Origin: Sphyrna mokarran | Lineage: Eukaryota | Direction: 5' to 3' | DNA: 64,000 bases | NCBI GenBank assembly: GCA_024679065.1 | Contig: JAGIQG010000016.1 | Coordinates: forward strand, 11,160,001-11,224,000 | In this document: in pieces, positions 13,201 through 28,200 of the stretch | Position numbering within the stretch: the stretch's first letter is position 1 | Layout of the letters: each line of letters starts with the position of its first letter | Notes under the pieces: model-generated | The model's database searches: none | What the model saw: only the letters and a program-made list of their open reading frames with translations | Told to the model about the DNA's origin: nothing | Made by a program: the position numbers and the translations under genes

Positions 13201-16200
13201 CGCCGCTGTCATAACTATGTAGTAACAATTCCATCATCCTATCCTAATTTTAGGTCATTCCTAATATGGAAGAGTCTCAATGTAGGGACAATTTGTTTCC
13301 CAATCAGCCTAAGAACGAATTTTTGGGATGTGGGAGGAAACCGGAGCGCCCGGAGAAAACCCACTCAACCACGGGGAGAACGCGCAAACTCCCGCAGACA
13401 CCGGCCCAATTGCAAGTGTCTGCACAGCTACAGCGATAGTCACTGAGCTGTCACGGTGCCCTTCAGATGGTCCAGATAAAGCATTCATTTACGACATGAA
13501 GCACCAGACAACCCATGAATCAACATCCAAGAGCTGTCCTCGCACCACCTGCCGAATGCATACTCCTTGATGGTCAAGTATGGACCGAATTACGTGTGGA
13601 AAAAAAAACATAGTTAAACAGTCCTACTATATCCCTCTACCTGCATAACGCTCATGTGGCTGTCCAAGAGGCACTTAAACACCCCTAGCGTGCCTGCTCC
13701 CACCACCTTACTTGGCAGTGCATTCCACACCCCACTACCCTTTGTGTGAAAAACTGCCCTCTAATATGCGTCTTATACATAGCCCCCCTCACCCTAAGGC
13801 CGTGACCCCTCGTCCTATCCATTTCTGAAGGTGGAAAACGTTTACCACCATTTACTCTATCTACACCCCTTATAATCTTATACACCTCTATTAGATCCCC
13901 TCTAAGCCGACGTATTTCAAGGGAAAACAACCCCAGTCTATTTAATCGTTCCTCATAAGACAGTCCTTCCATACCAGGCAGCATCCTGGTAAACCTCCTC
14001 TGCACTCTCTCCAAGGTCTCTACATCCTTCCGATAGTACGGCGACCAGAACTGGACGCAGTATTCCAAATGAGGCCTAACCAACGTTCTGTACAATTGCA
14101 ACATCAAACTCCTACTCTTGTATTCTATACCCTTTTCAATGAAAGCTAACATACTATACGCTTTCTTTATCACCTTCTCCACCTGTGAAGACACCTTCAG
14201 AGACTTGTGAACCTGCACCCCCAAGTCTCTCTGCGTCTCTATTCTTCGAATAGTTTTACCTTTTATCCTATAACTCTCTTCTACATTTTTCCGGCCAAAA
14301 TGCATCACCTCGCATTTATCCGGATTAAATTCCATTTGGCATCTATCTGCCCAGTCTACCAACCTATCTATGTCCTGTTGTATTGCCTGGCACTGCTCCT
14401 CTGTACCCGCCAATCCAAGTTATATGGGTCAAGCATCCAGTAGTTTTCTTCAGAGAACGAACAAATTCTAAACATACTCTCGAAATAGATGTCTTCGGAA
14501 AAGGAGTTTGGGACTGGAGGCAGTCAACAATATTTGCAAAACTAGGATTATCTTCCGCGTACAATCCACCACCAACCCATAACACCGTCACACCAAAACT
14601 CAACGAACCCAAATAGATGCATCATACTTCTCTGTTATGAGACTTAGATGTTACTTTATTAAACTCCTGACCACATTCAGATTAATTAAAACGTTGGTTC
14701 ATTTCGCTCACTTGTTATTCTTTAAACTGGTTCGTAAATAATGCAATTACCTCATTACTTTATTTCTTTTCCCCCTACTTTTTCTCTTAATCACTCATTT
14801 TGTTATTCACAGTTCTCAATTAATTTTCCCGTAATTAAGAACCCATTTCTGACTTACTTTTCCCTGATTTCTCACTCTGTAACGTTTTTAAAACTAACAA
14901 TCGCAAATATTTCAATTTCAGCAAATGTTTTCTTGCATCATTGTAATACAAGACTATTGGATGTTGAGTCTGAAACCAAAAGAGAACATGTTGGAAAATC
15001 TAAACAGGTCTGGCGGCATCATCAAGGAAAGGAAACAGTTGTTTTTTTTTTGTTTTACTCTTTAAATGATCTCTAGTTCACAGTTCCCTAACCAGATAAT
15101 CTTACTGGAGCGTTCTTCCCATTTCTCTGGGCGAAGTCTCTGGGGCACAATGATTGTAAGGAGGCAGCGACTGCGAGTTTTCCAGCCGGTTCCTGTAAGT
15201 TAGTTGATAACGAGAGCGCGATGAATAGATCCACTCCCGCTCCCCACTAATCTCCCCGCCCCTTCCCACGCCACCCGCAGCCCCTCTATACTGAATTAGT
15301 TTTATTCTTGCTACATGTTTGAAGAAAGAGGTCACACCTCCCCTTCGCTATCCAAACTTCAAAATCCCTCTTCCACATGAACTTAGTTTGGCTGTAATGT
15401 TCACGCTAATATCATTGTTTCTTTATGTCTGGAATACTAATCAGTCTACTCAGCACAGTATTGCTGTTCCCTTCTTATGGCTGGTTAAAGAGATATCAAC
15501 TTCACTGGTTAAACTAGTTCTGTTGTGGTTATTTTTGACTAAGTAAAATGCCCAGTACACTCGATCACTTAAACACAGAAGGCTCGATCTCGAGTAAGGT
15601 AACTGTTACTACCATTTTTCGAAGTCCCGTCCGGCATACCATTTTATTGCACTGCATTTAATTTAATCACTTGCCAAACATTCTAGTTTAAGCAGGCAAA
15701 CAAGGAAAATAATTTGCCAATATATGTATTTAACAGTTTTGGTACAAGCTCACACAAAAGTTTTGCAACTCTTTAATTCTTTACTCAACATTGACTCTAA
15801 CTGACCACCAAATTTTAGCTGAACTGATCTCTTAAACACTGTATGGGCATCGCCTTTAACTCAAAATAAACATTAATTCCTGAACATAAAATATATACTC
15901 CCAAGTTTAAGGAAACAACAGCCTCAGTGCGGAACATAGCTCTTCTTCTCTTCATGGTACAGGTCTTCTTCATGTTGTTGGCCTCTTCGATGACCCGCTG
16001 GAAATCAAAGGACTGTAGTGTCTTTTAACAATAGTTTTCCACTCCAACCAGGAGATTCACTGTCATCCAGCAAACGATGTAACCAGAAAACGATCATAAG
16101 GCTCTAAAATCTAGACAAAATTCTTCTGAACGAAACATCCCATACATAAAAAGGAAAAAAAAAAACTCGAAGCCACGCTACTTCAGTTAAAGTAGTCACT

Positions 16201-19200
16201 CCACTTACCTGGTAAATATCAGATTACAGCCCCCAGACCAATGCAACTTTACGACTACTGCTAGTTTTAAGCTTATGATTCCACAAACAAACCTCAGCAT
16301 TCATAACCCTTCACCAAAATGGCCATGTTAAAGCCATCGTTGCTATTGTTGTTGTTAAGTAACTGTTGTTACCGTTCTTACTTTGTCCGCACTGTGTAGA
16401 CATGCAGATTTGGCTCGCTATTTCATGCCATCAAGCAATTCACAGCAAGTCAGTGGCATTTATGTAACTTGTAGTTGTTGTTCGGTATCAAATTCGGTCC
16501 ATTTTTCTAGCTCCATGTACGTCAGTTGTTGTTCTTATATTTAGTCAAAGCTTGAATTCACATTGCTTCTTCCTTGAACAAATACCGCCAGAGTTGCACA
16601 ATTACATTAACGATTGACCAGGCTGAATATGTGAACAGGTGTGTTTGTTGCACTGCTTGCGAGTTTAACAGTAAACTATAATCAACACATTCTGGCAAAG
16701 GCAGTAAAGGAAACTCACACTGTTACAGATTTAAGAATTAAACTAAAAAACACAGATACCCGTATGGAACGCGTCTTGTATTTCATTGAATCGAAATCTC
16801 TGCCGTCCTTCCATTGTATCATATACTAAATAATTACAAGTGAATCTACTGAAAAGGCAAGTCAATTAAGGTTTAACTTTTTTTTTAACTACTGTGGAGC
16901 TTCTTGTGTCCTGATGCCATTGATGCCATTGTCGTAGGTGGCGTGAGGTCATTGTTCATTGAAATGGAATTCGAATACTTAAGATTCTACTTCGTTGATA
17001 TGGATCAGAATCACGTTAAGCGTTTGATGGAATGTAATTTATCTCTTCAATTTACAAATCGTAAAGTAAATCTGGTATCAATAGTGATAAATTTGAAACG
17101 TTCATATTTTCATGTGAAGAGAAAATTAGTAATTATGCACATTAACGAAATGACTCTTCAGTCATGCTTATCCTGCCAATGTGCGTTTCCTAGCCAACCG
17201 AATGGGTTTGACTCGTTGTTGCCTTCTGAGGTTCCCTGGCAAGCAATCAATTGAGGAGCAATTAAGAGATACAACAAATGCTGATCTTAATGTTGAAATA
17301 GATACAATGTGGAAATCTGCACAGAACAGAGAAAAAAAAAACTGATTCATTTGAATTGTAAATAATGGTTTGATGTTTTATTTTGCAGAATTAAATGATC
17401 AACTGGAAAAAATGAACGACATAGGTGGGGAGAGAAGTTTTTTTGTCTGTGCTGTTTTCCACCCTAACATCCTTTTACACCACCGGAAGCTGATGATAAG
17501 TTTGCATTTCTTTTTTTTTTCAGATACAAATAGTTTCAATTTAGGCAAACTGTTATTTTACCAAACACAATTGACCCAGCATAATTAGCGTTTCTGCATT
17601 GCTCAGTATGTGACCGCAAGGGCAAATAGACCCCTGCATGGATACTTCTAAACGGACTAAACCATTGCCTTTCAAAGCTAAGTATTGACTTAAACCCTGC
17701 TTTCCGTTCAAAATAGTCTGTTTTGAAAGTAGTTGTTTTTCAACAACTGGCAAAATATGAAACTAAATCAAACATCTATTGTAGAGTCATCATTATGATT
17801 GATGCTAATTACCTTATAGGAACTGAATATCCATGTGTGTGCACAGATTTTCTGTTGTGCATAATTACTAAAGATTAAATGGAGAAGGTGTACAGCATGA
17901 GAAAATTGAAATATCTATATATCTATATACCTATTGAAATACATTATATGTTCTATTGGGCCCTCCACTGCTTTTAAACTAACGTCGTTCTAATATTGGT
18001 ATTTTCCGAACAGCCCAAATGTCAGTTGCTTTTCTCACCAGAAAATTGTACGTTGTAGCGATGTTGTTAGTAGATTCATTCTCCATCATACCTTTGTTGC
18101 ACTTCAGTTTCAAACAACTGTTGCATTAGTATATTGTCATTAATTTTGTTGTCGCTGCAGATGATTCAACGATTTACTAATGTTTCTTGTCAGGCAATGC
18201 GAGGTGTTTCTGCCTTGCCCTTACTCAGAACGTTTCCGGAAATACTCATGCAAACACTGGCCGCCGACTATACACAGATATCATTCTAACATTGCAATAA
18301 TACTGATATAATATTAAAACAGATATCCACAAAATATTGTTAAAACACCAATGTTCCCTATTTAATTGAAATGCAATTCAGAGCGATTGGTGATCGAAAG
18401 CAAGCCATCTCAGTAATTTTGCAAGTATTTTTGATTAATGGAAAAAAAATCGATTAATTGAGCCATCTCTGGAAGAATATCAGCTATCCTTACGAGTTTC
18501 GAAGTCTGGAACACCAGACTAACTACAGTGCTATTTTCTTTTGTGTGTTTGCAGAAAAAAAAATCAAAGCACTTTAAGGGAAACAGAATAAACAAAACAG
18601 AAGTAAATACATAGACAAATATCCAAAATATTCTGGAGGAATCAAGGCAATAAACCACCAAAATGGATCAGAAACAGTTCTTAACATTGTTGGCTTTTCA
18701 TGAACTCCTCAGTAAATCTCTGTTGCATCTTCTTTAATATCAAAGCCAGAAACTAACATTTTTTTTTTCATCGGGTTTTAGTATTTTTGGCTGGGCAAGT
18801 GTTATCGATGCCAGATGGGTATCCATGGCAATCGAAACACGGTTTTTAAATAAAAGCATCAAATTTATTGTGCTATATTTCAAACCTGCTGCACGTTGCC
18901 CTGTGTTGTTGGATAACTTGTCCATTGGGAAATTGATTACACGACTAGATCACTTGAATAGCTTCGTAATGATACATTAGAAAGATAGCGACACAACACT
19001 TGGACTGTCGCGTCTGTGGATCTGTCAACAACATCCATCTTTTTTTGAACTTTATTTATTTATAATCTACAAAACTTCAGAAAAGAAGCGAAAAGAGAAG
19101 GAAACAGGTACTTGGCTGAAGGCATTAATTGAGTTAGGGAACGTGCATTTAAGTCATCATTATTTGTCACGAGCGTTCTCTGTTTTTTTTGATGTTCTTC

Positions 19201-22200
19201 TTTACGTTCAATGCAAGTCTTTGTAGATTATGCAACTATTTTTCTGTGTGCAAGCACATGAAATTGAACTTTTGGAAAAGTATGGAGCATTTTGTTTCTA
19301 TTTACTGCAGAATCCAAAATGTCAGCATCATCAGCAAACACGTGAGATTCACCATTCTTTGGGTGAAGAAATACCTTCTCAACTCCGTCCTAAATGTTCT
19401 AACCTGAATCCTCAGTCTGTGATGCCAATTTCTGGACACGCCCACATCGGGAATACTGTCTCTGCACCTATCCTGCCCTATCTATATGTTAGATTTTTAT
19501 AAGTCTGTACGAGTTCACCCGTCATTCGTCTGCACTCCAACGAATGCACCCCTAATCCTGCCAATTTCTCCTCATACATCAGTCCCACCAACCTCGCAAT
19601 CAGTCTGCTGCGCTCCCTCAAGAACAAGAACATCTTTGTTTTCAGGAAAAGGAGACAAAACTGCACACAAAAATCTTGGTATGGCCCCACCAAAGCCCCG
19701 TATAGTTGCCAAAAAAGCACGAACTTGCTCTTGTACTTGAAACCTCTTGTAATGAAGATCAACATATCATTTGCCTTCCTTATTGCCTGCTGCACTGCAC
19801 GCTTCCCTTCTATGACTAGTATGCAAGGACACCCATGTCCTGCTGCACACTTCACTCTCCTAATTGACAACTACTCAGGTAATATTCTGCGTTCATGGTT
19901 TTCAAAATTAATAACCTCGCAAGTATCCAAATTATCCTGCATTTGCTATTGATTAGCCAACTCACTCAACCAGTCCAGATCATTCTGAACGATCTTTGCC
20001 CCCAGGGCACAGTTCAACATCCCACCCAACTTGGTATCATATGTAGTCAATATTTGCGTCCCAGTACCTATCTCTGTAGTACTCGATTAGCTGGTGTGCG
20101 TGTGTCATTGTTCATATTTATAAATTTTGCATAAATTAAGTTGACAATTCACGCATGTTCAGAACTAAACATTTCTTTTTAATCATTGTAAGCAAAAGCC
20201 ACATGAGCTTAATCGTCGCGCTAACGCCAACATACCGGGCAATATATTTCCAGTCTAATTGTTAATATTCAGTTCAAACTACAGTTATGATTGAACCACA
20301 AATGAATAATTCCTATGTTGCAAGATATGATCCAGGACGCATTTGGAACAGATCCTGTAAGGGTGGAGGGCGTTATTTCTTGTTACGGTCTTACGAAGAG
20401 TCGGAATGTGAAGAAGAAAATAAGTTGCAACATGGATTAATTTTCTGAGAAATATAAGCTGTTGGGAAAATATTTATAGATTGGACTAGGGAACTACAGG
20501 GACTGGGAACATCTGGAATGTGGTGCTTATTCAAGGAGCAGCTGCTGCGAGTCCTTGATAAGTATGTCCCTGTCAGGCAGGGAGGAAATGGACGAGTAAG
20601 AGAGCCTTGGGGTACGAAAAAAGTTGATTTGCTGGTTAAGAAGAAAAAGGAGGCTTATGTCAGGATGAGGCTTGAAGGCTCAGTTAGTGCAATGGATAGC
20701 TATAGAGTAGCCAGGAAGGAGCTAAAAAGTGAATTGAGGAGAGCTAAGAGGGGACACGAGAAGATGTTGGCTGATAGGATTAAGGAGAATCCTAAAGCTT
20801 TCTGTCGATATCTTAAGAATAGAAGATTTGTTAGGGCAAGATTAGGGCCAGTCATAGACAGCAGTGGGAAGTTGTGCGTGGAGCCTGAAGAGATTGGTGA
20901 GGCACTGAATAACTATTTCTCTTCGGTATTCACGCAGAGTGCTGGAAATGTAGCTATGGAGAACACTGAGGTACAGGGTTGCAAATTGGGAAGTATTGTA
21001 GTAGATAGGGAGGATGTGCTAGAAATTCTCGAGGGTTTGAAGTTGGATAAGTCCCCTGGGCCGGACGGGAGTTACCCTAGGATTCTCTGGGAGGCAAGAG
21101 AGGAGATTGCAGAGCCTCTGGCTCTGATCTTCAGGTCCTCGTTGGTTACGGGTGTGTTTCCGGAGGACTGGAGGATGGCGAATGTGGTCCCATTGTTTAA
21201 GAAGGGGAAGAGAGACATTCCTGGGAATTATAGGCCAGTGAGTCTTACTTCTGTGGTGGGCAAGGTATTGGAGAGAATTATTAGGGATAGGATTTATAGT
21301 TATTTAGAGAGAAATGAATTGATTGGGGATAGTCAGCATGGTTTCGTGAAGGGTAGGGCATGCCTTACTAACCTCATTGAGTTTTTTGAGAAAGTGACCA
21401 GAGAGGTGGATGGGGGTAAGGCGGTTGATGTAGTATATATGGACTTTAGTAAGGAGTTTGATAAGGTGGCCCATGGAAGACTTCTACAGAAAATGCAGAT
21501 GCGTGGAATAGAGGGTGATTTAGCTAATTGGATTAGGAATTGGCTGGCAGATAGAAGACAGAGGGTGGTGGTTGATGGGAGATATTCATCGTGGAGTTCG
21601 GTGACGAGTGGTGTGCCTCAGGGGTCTGTTTTGGGCCCCTGCTGTTTGTAATTTTTATAAATGATCTGGATGAGGGTATTGAGGGATGGATCAGTAAATT
21701 TGCAGATGATACTAAAGTTGGTGTGTGGTAGATAGTGAAGAGGGGTGTTTTAGTTTACAGAGTGACTTGGACAAGTTGCAGAGCTGGGCCGAGAGGTGGC
21801 AAATGGAGTTTACTGTGGAAAAGTGTGAGGTAATGCACTTTGGCAGGAACAATAAATGTGTAGAGTATAGGGCTAATGGTAGGGATCTTAATAGTGTTGA
21901 GGAACAGAAGGATCTTGGTGTATGTGTCAATAGATCCCTGAAAGTAGGCAGTCAAGTGGAAAAAGTTGTTAAGAAGGCATATGGAGTCTTAGCTTTTATT
22001 GGTAGGGGGATTGAATTTAGGAGCCGCAGCATCATGTTGCAACTGTACAAAACTCTAGTGCGGCCGCACTTGGAGTATTGTGTGCAGTTCTGGTCCCCAC
22101 ATTATAAGAAAGATGTGGAGGCATTGGAGAGGGTACAGAGGAGGTTTACCAGGATGTTGCTGGTATGGAGGGCAGGTCTTATGAAGAGAGGCTGAGGGAT

Positions 22201-25200
22201 TTGAGGTTGTTTTCGTTAGAAAGGAGGCGGCTAAGAGGAGACCTTATCGAAACATATAAGAGGATTAGAGGTTTAGATAGGGTGGACAGTGATAGCCTTT
22301 TTCCTAGGATGGAGAAAGCTAGCACGAGGGGACACAGCTTTAAATTAAGGGGTATGAGTTATAGGACAGATATCAGAGGTAGGTTCTTTACTCAAGGAGT
22401 GATTAGGGAGTGGAATGCCCTGCCTGCAGCTGTTGTAGATGCGCCAAGTTTGGTGGCGTTTAAGAGGTTAGTTGATAAGTATATGGATGAGAAGGGAATG
22501 GTTTAGTTAGGAGGGCATTGCTTTTTATTTTGGTCGGCACAACATCGAAGGCCGAAGGGCCTGTTCTGTGCTGTATTGTTCTATGTTCTATGTGTTGAAT
22601 GACTTTATAAAAGAAAAAGGTTCAGCTTTATATACGTAATTGATAGTATATATTTCCGTAAGCTAAACAGGTTAAAATACTTCAATTTGTACTGAGACAA
22701 ATTCGAGACGAAACGAATAACAAGCAGTGTCACATTTTTACTTCTGGAAATAAACATGCTATTGTAGGTTGCGCTGGTGTACTGATCAGGCCAATAAAAC
22801 AAATATTCAACGACTGGCAGTGTCCTCAGTCCCTGGACAATTTTCCTACTTTTCACATCAAGACCTAAGAAAATTCAGGAAAAGCTTCCTGGTTTAATTA
22901 CAGTCAAGCTTTGCAGCTGGTCATCAATTCGCTATTATATGATGCCTTCTCTTCGATATAACTTTACTAATCAGCGCCTGTTTACCTTTTCTCCCATGCA
23001 GTCAAAATCATTGACAATTTGTTATTCTTCTAAATTGACCTGATCAGTACCAGGCAAAAAAAAAACGATATTCACTGGAAGTAGCCGAATAGATTAAAAA
23101 TAAATACTAGATGGAATTTCAGAAGCAAGTCATTGCCGCAGAATGGGAAAAATCAAAACCCGCTTAAGGCATAAAACTTAAGACATATATGGATACAATA
23201 ATACAATGGTATTGAGGTAAATGTTCGAAAATATGTAAAAGGTGACAAAAGGCTACATTCGCCGCTGAGGGAAATCTGAATGTTGTTTAATTAACTTGAG
23301 GATCCCATACCACAGTAGATGGACGTGGTTGAGAAGGCAGGAGTTCATGAATGACTTCAGTGAACAGTTGTCCATGAATCAAAGTAAGCTATTGGCATTG
23401 TACTTCATAATACACCAATTGGCCAACAAACTTTGCAATACTGACCCCGTAGTGATTTAAAATGGAGGGAAAGTATTTTTGTGGAGTGACCAGTCGTCTG
23501 ATTGTTTTCCATAAAGTTAATATATTGCTCTGGGGGGCGGATGATCATTTTGTCTGAGGTAATAATTCTTACAATTAGTTTATTATTTTGTAGAACTCAC
23601 CGAATACAAGGAAGAGTTAAAGGAACTGGGTAGGTTTGACTCGCCGCGCTCCAGTTTCGCCGCCATCTTTTTCACAGAATCCCTGTACTGTTTAACTTGT
23701 ACATTCAGTTAATTGAGTCTGCACAGTCTCCCAACTGAACTGTTCCTGAACCAGGCCCTAACACTGTAACCTACGTGTTCCCCCCGCTAATCCCTTCATT
23801 TAGATGTAACGCTATGGTATGTAGCAATTCAGCAGACCAACCGACTTCCACGTTACATTAAGTAAATGGAGAAGACATGTTCAATGTCTGGCATCAAAAA
23901 ATAAAGAGTAATTCCTACTGGAGATTAATTTGTGTTTCTGCACAAATTCGGTCATGTAAAATCCTGCCTTACTTATCCAGGAAGGAATAACGGTGAAGTT
24001 AGAATGTTTTCCACAATGACTAAATGACAAGCCGGCACATTTTTTTCTTTATATGCAGAAAAGTTTAGCAAATTAGTGCTGGCCACACCAAAGATGTACA
24101 AATCCCACGAACAAATGTATTGAAAAAATGTATTGCTCTGAAGACAAAATGTATCAAAGGACTGAGATTGTTGGCAGAAGTTATGTGCATACCAAATACA
24201 AGATTCTGTTTTAAAAGTATCGCATGACATATTGCACTTCAACATGTTCTGACATTAATTAATAGTCAAGCCTGACATGCTTGTATTGACAGCACAGTTT
24301 GTCTTTAGCAATTGCGTGCAAAAATATATGTTCATTGCTTCTATTGCGTCTATGATCAGACTTGTGTTAGCTGTTTGAATCTGCACAGGACGTACTTGAC
24401 ATAACTGATGCAGGCAGGATGACTTTGAGGTGCATGCATTGTTGCGAGTAGCCAAGGCAGAGGCTCAAAGTGAGTAGCTCTGGTTTGCATAAGAGCGATT
24501 TCAATCTCATCATATCAGCAATTGCAATTCAACATTAATTAATAATAAAGCAAACTGAAATAAGCAATTACCTCACGCTAACAATGAACATTCAAATATT
24601 CAGATTGGCACAAAACATTTTGCTATCACTAGCGTTGTATTTTTTTTCAAAAGAATTATATCTGCTGTCCATTGTTCTTCTGACCAACATCTGAGTCTGT
24701 TTTAAGAGACATTCGTGAGAGCGTCTTATCCGAGTTTTTTTGTCGCTCGTTGACATGCGTCATGCACTTCTGAATGGAATCAGAGTGACATCCACCATAT
24801 GTTATCACAGCCGTAGGGCTTTGGTGGAAACGGGAAAATGATCAGAACGAAGCGGCAACAACTACCCTAATTGCAGACAAGAAGACTGAATCACACCTCA
24901 GGGAGCGCCTGACGTGCAGGTTAGTTTTTGCCAGTCAGCCTCGAGCCGTTTACCCATAAATCATCATTTGATACAAAGTGAACTTTTATTTATTAGGAGA
25001 CATACCCGCCCAACGATCAAACAACATTGCCGAAAACGCGACCGTGGCATGAAACTCGCTCGCGCAACACCGGGAGCTGCGCCCATCGCTGTCGATCATG
25101 CCCAACCCCTCGGGGCGTGGAAGACATGTCTTTTACGGTAATTTTTCGTCAAAATCTGGCAGCGATCATCATGAACGAGACGGGGCACCGCATCCCTTCG

Positions 25201-28200
25201 CTGTGTCACACTAGGTACAGGTCTATGCGTCTTTTCGTCTGAGCCGATCATATGGGCTGGAGGTGACCGACGTTCTTCTACTACCTTGATAGGCGTGACC
25301 GCATCCGTCAGCAGATCACCAACTATCCCAGGGACATGACGAAACATGTCAAGACATTTTTTTTTTCTTTCACAATTACCGGGTTTACAAGTATAGAAGC
25401 GTGTTGGCTGTTCTTGGCCAGTCAAGTTTACTTCAGGACCGTTCGCCTGCCAGCTGGAAGGCCTGAATACCCTGCGGGACCTCGGTCAGGTTTGACTCAC
25501 TCTGGTCTAGAACGCCAAGAATACCACAGTTATGTGAAACATACCAGAGGCCATTCCTACAATACCACTCCTGGCTGGCAGTCCGGTGGTAGTGGTCGTG
25601 GCCAGTCATGGAATACCATCTCCTGTGCCCACGGAGACGATACCAGATAGCTCCCGCGGAAGGGATTGACTCATTGTGCGGTAGAAACCAGAAGAATCGC
25701 ACGACTACTGAGATCGGCTATTTAACGGGCCTTTACGCACGAATGGATACTAGCCGATCTCAAACACCTGTTTGTAATTGCAGTCTGACTGAGTACAGAC
25801 AGACGTGCAACTATATCCGCGTCGCTTCTTGGACAGCAGGTGGAGTAGCGGCGATGTTGCCCGGCGGGACCATCGAAGAGGCGCAACTCGCTGTGCTACA
25901 GAAGCGACAAGATTCGCACAGCTACTGTAACCATGACTCTCCCACCCCGCAAGAGAGTCATAGTTACTCCCGCCGAAGACCTGTGGTTTGCTGTCCGTTA
26001 CGTCGGAAAGTGCTAAGTAAGCTATACATAGAATCAAAGAGCCACATAACCCTACAGGACGGGGACAAGCTCATGGACCCTAACTGGCCCATGCTGACCA
26101 AAATTTCCATCCATCCTAATCACAGTTTCTCTGCACTTGACCCATATTCTCCTAAACTTCCCTGACTCATGAATTTGTCTAAATGTCATCTCAATGTAGT
26201 TAATGTCCAAAAATTAACCACTTCCACCTGCACCACACGCCATATGTTTACTGCACTCTGTGTAAAAAAAAATGTCAGCATCCCATTATTTTTTTTCTCT
26301 CTTTTTTGCCAAAAAAAAAAACAGTCGTTCACGACTCCACACCCTCGGGAAAAGATGGAGTCCGTTCACCATATTTATGCATCTCATTATCTGTAATAAT
26401 TGTGTAAGCTCCGTCTCAGTTTCCTACGCTCAAAAATAAATTCTAGTTTCTACCACCTGTCCATATAATGCAGTCAATTGTATCCAGGAAACATTCTTGT
26501 AAATTTATTCAGCTCTCTTTCAAGATTAGTTGCAACATTCCTATAGCAAGGTAGCCAAAACCGAACACAATAGAACATCACCCTTTACAAATGCAACATA
26601 ACTTCCCAACTACTATACTCAGTGCCCTAATGAATGAAGGCGCTTTTGTTCAAAACAGTTTTCACTGCCCTGTCGACCTGTAACACCGCTTTTAGGGAAC
26701 AGTGCTGCTGAATTTCACGGAAACTCTGTTCTGCAATACCCCTTAAGACGTCATCATTCAGCATAAAACTCTTACCCTGATTTGATTTCCCAAAATTCAA
26801 CATCTCAGACATCTCTAGTACACTTATTGTGTTATTTACGGGCCCACTTACCCAGCTGATCAATGTCCTGCTGTAATGTCTGGTGAACTTCCTCGCTTTC
26901 CACGATGCCGCTGACTTTAGCATCATCTGCAAACTTACTAGTCATGACTAGTATGTATTGATACAGCTCATTGATATTGGTAACAAACAGCAATGGGTGA
27001 AACAGAGAGGTCTCCGGCACACCACTAGCCACAAGTGTTGAGTCCGAAGTGTGTCCTTCCACTGTTATCCTCTTCCTCCCACCATCAAGCAAATTTAGTA
27101 TCCAATGTGCCCGCTCTCCATGCGACCTTCCATGCGATCTAACATTCCAGAACAGCTTATCATGTGAGGTCTTATTGAAGGCCTGCTGGAACTTTAAAAG
27201 AGGATTTTCGCAATAGGTCAATTCCTGCGTGAATGTAAGTTTACAAGTGAGAAATAAATGAAATAATAAAATTAATTCGGACTACGACAACAGTCTTGCG
27301 CCCATCAGCCATTCTGGTGACATCATGAAGTAAATCTAACAAATTTGTGAGGCATAATCTGCCACGCAAAACGCCATGCTGACTACACCGAATCAAACTC
27401 CGATTTTCTAAACAAATATCTTATTCCTCAGAATCTTGCCAAGTACCTTGCCTGCCACATATGTTAGACTTACCGTTCCGCAATTCTAATGTCATTGTTT
27501 GCAGCCCTTCATAATTAAGGGCACAAAATTCACTACCCCTATTTTCCCATGAAATCACCCCTGGTAAAGAAGGATGCAAGTAATTGAGAGAGGGCCCCGT
27601 TATTTATTTTCTAGCCTCGAATAGGGTTTCTCATATAGGGTTTTATATAAATCTGGTCAAAACCAGAAAACCTATCCAGCTCCATATATTCTAATATTCT
27701 AACCGCTCCTCTGTTAGAATATGGACTGACAGGAGAATTTCAACATTAACTTCCCCCAAATCCTAACACTTTATAGTCTGAAGTACAAGAACAATTAGAA
27801 TTCGGCAAGAAATGACCACTATATCAGAGGCATTTAAATCCCTAAAATAACAAAGCATAGTGAAAAAAAACGAAACATCATTTCGCAGTTATTACGTTCT
27901 GCGAATTCAGAGGCAGCTCCAACTCAACAGCTTATTTTTTTTTTTCAAACACGCCAACAACGTATTGCAATAAAGTTCCAAAGGCAGCTAAATTCGCTTC
28001 ACCGACTCTCTTACGAGCCAGTAGATCGAGTAATCTGGTGAATTCCATTTAGTTTGATCGATGGCCAGCGCGTTTTGCAGAGTGGGCACAGTCAGAAAAT
28101 GTAATTAAAAACAAGTAAACACATTCAACTTTTCTGACACGTTTAATGCCAACTGATCTAGTTTCCTTTTGTATAACATATCGATAAGCAACGGGAACGA

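Noticed and set aside
17524-17544. 21-nt candidate (DTNSFNL) after a strong pyrimidine tract
   Set aside because: Only a poor GC donor (gcaaac)
23804-23866. ag|DVTL.. resembling the start of a B30.2 exon (DVTLDP)
   Set aside because: Continues WYVAIQQ.. to a stop within about 20 codons; no PRY/SPRY motifs
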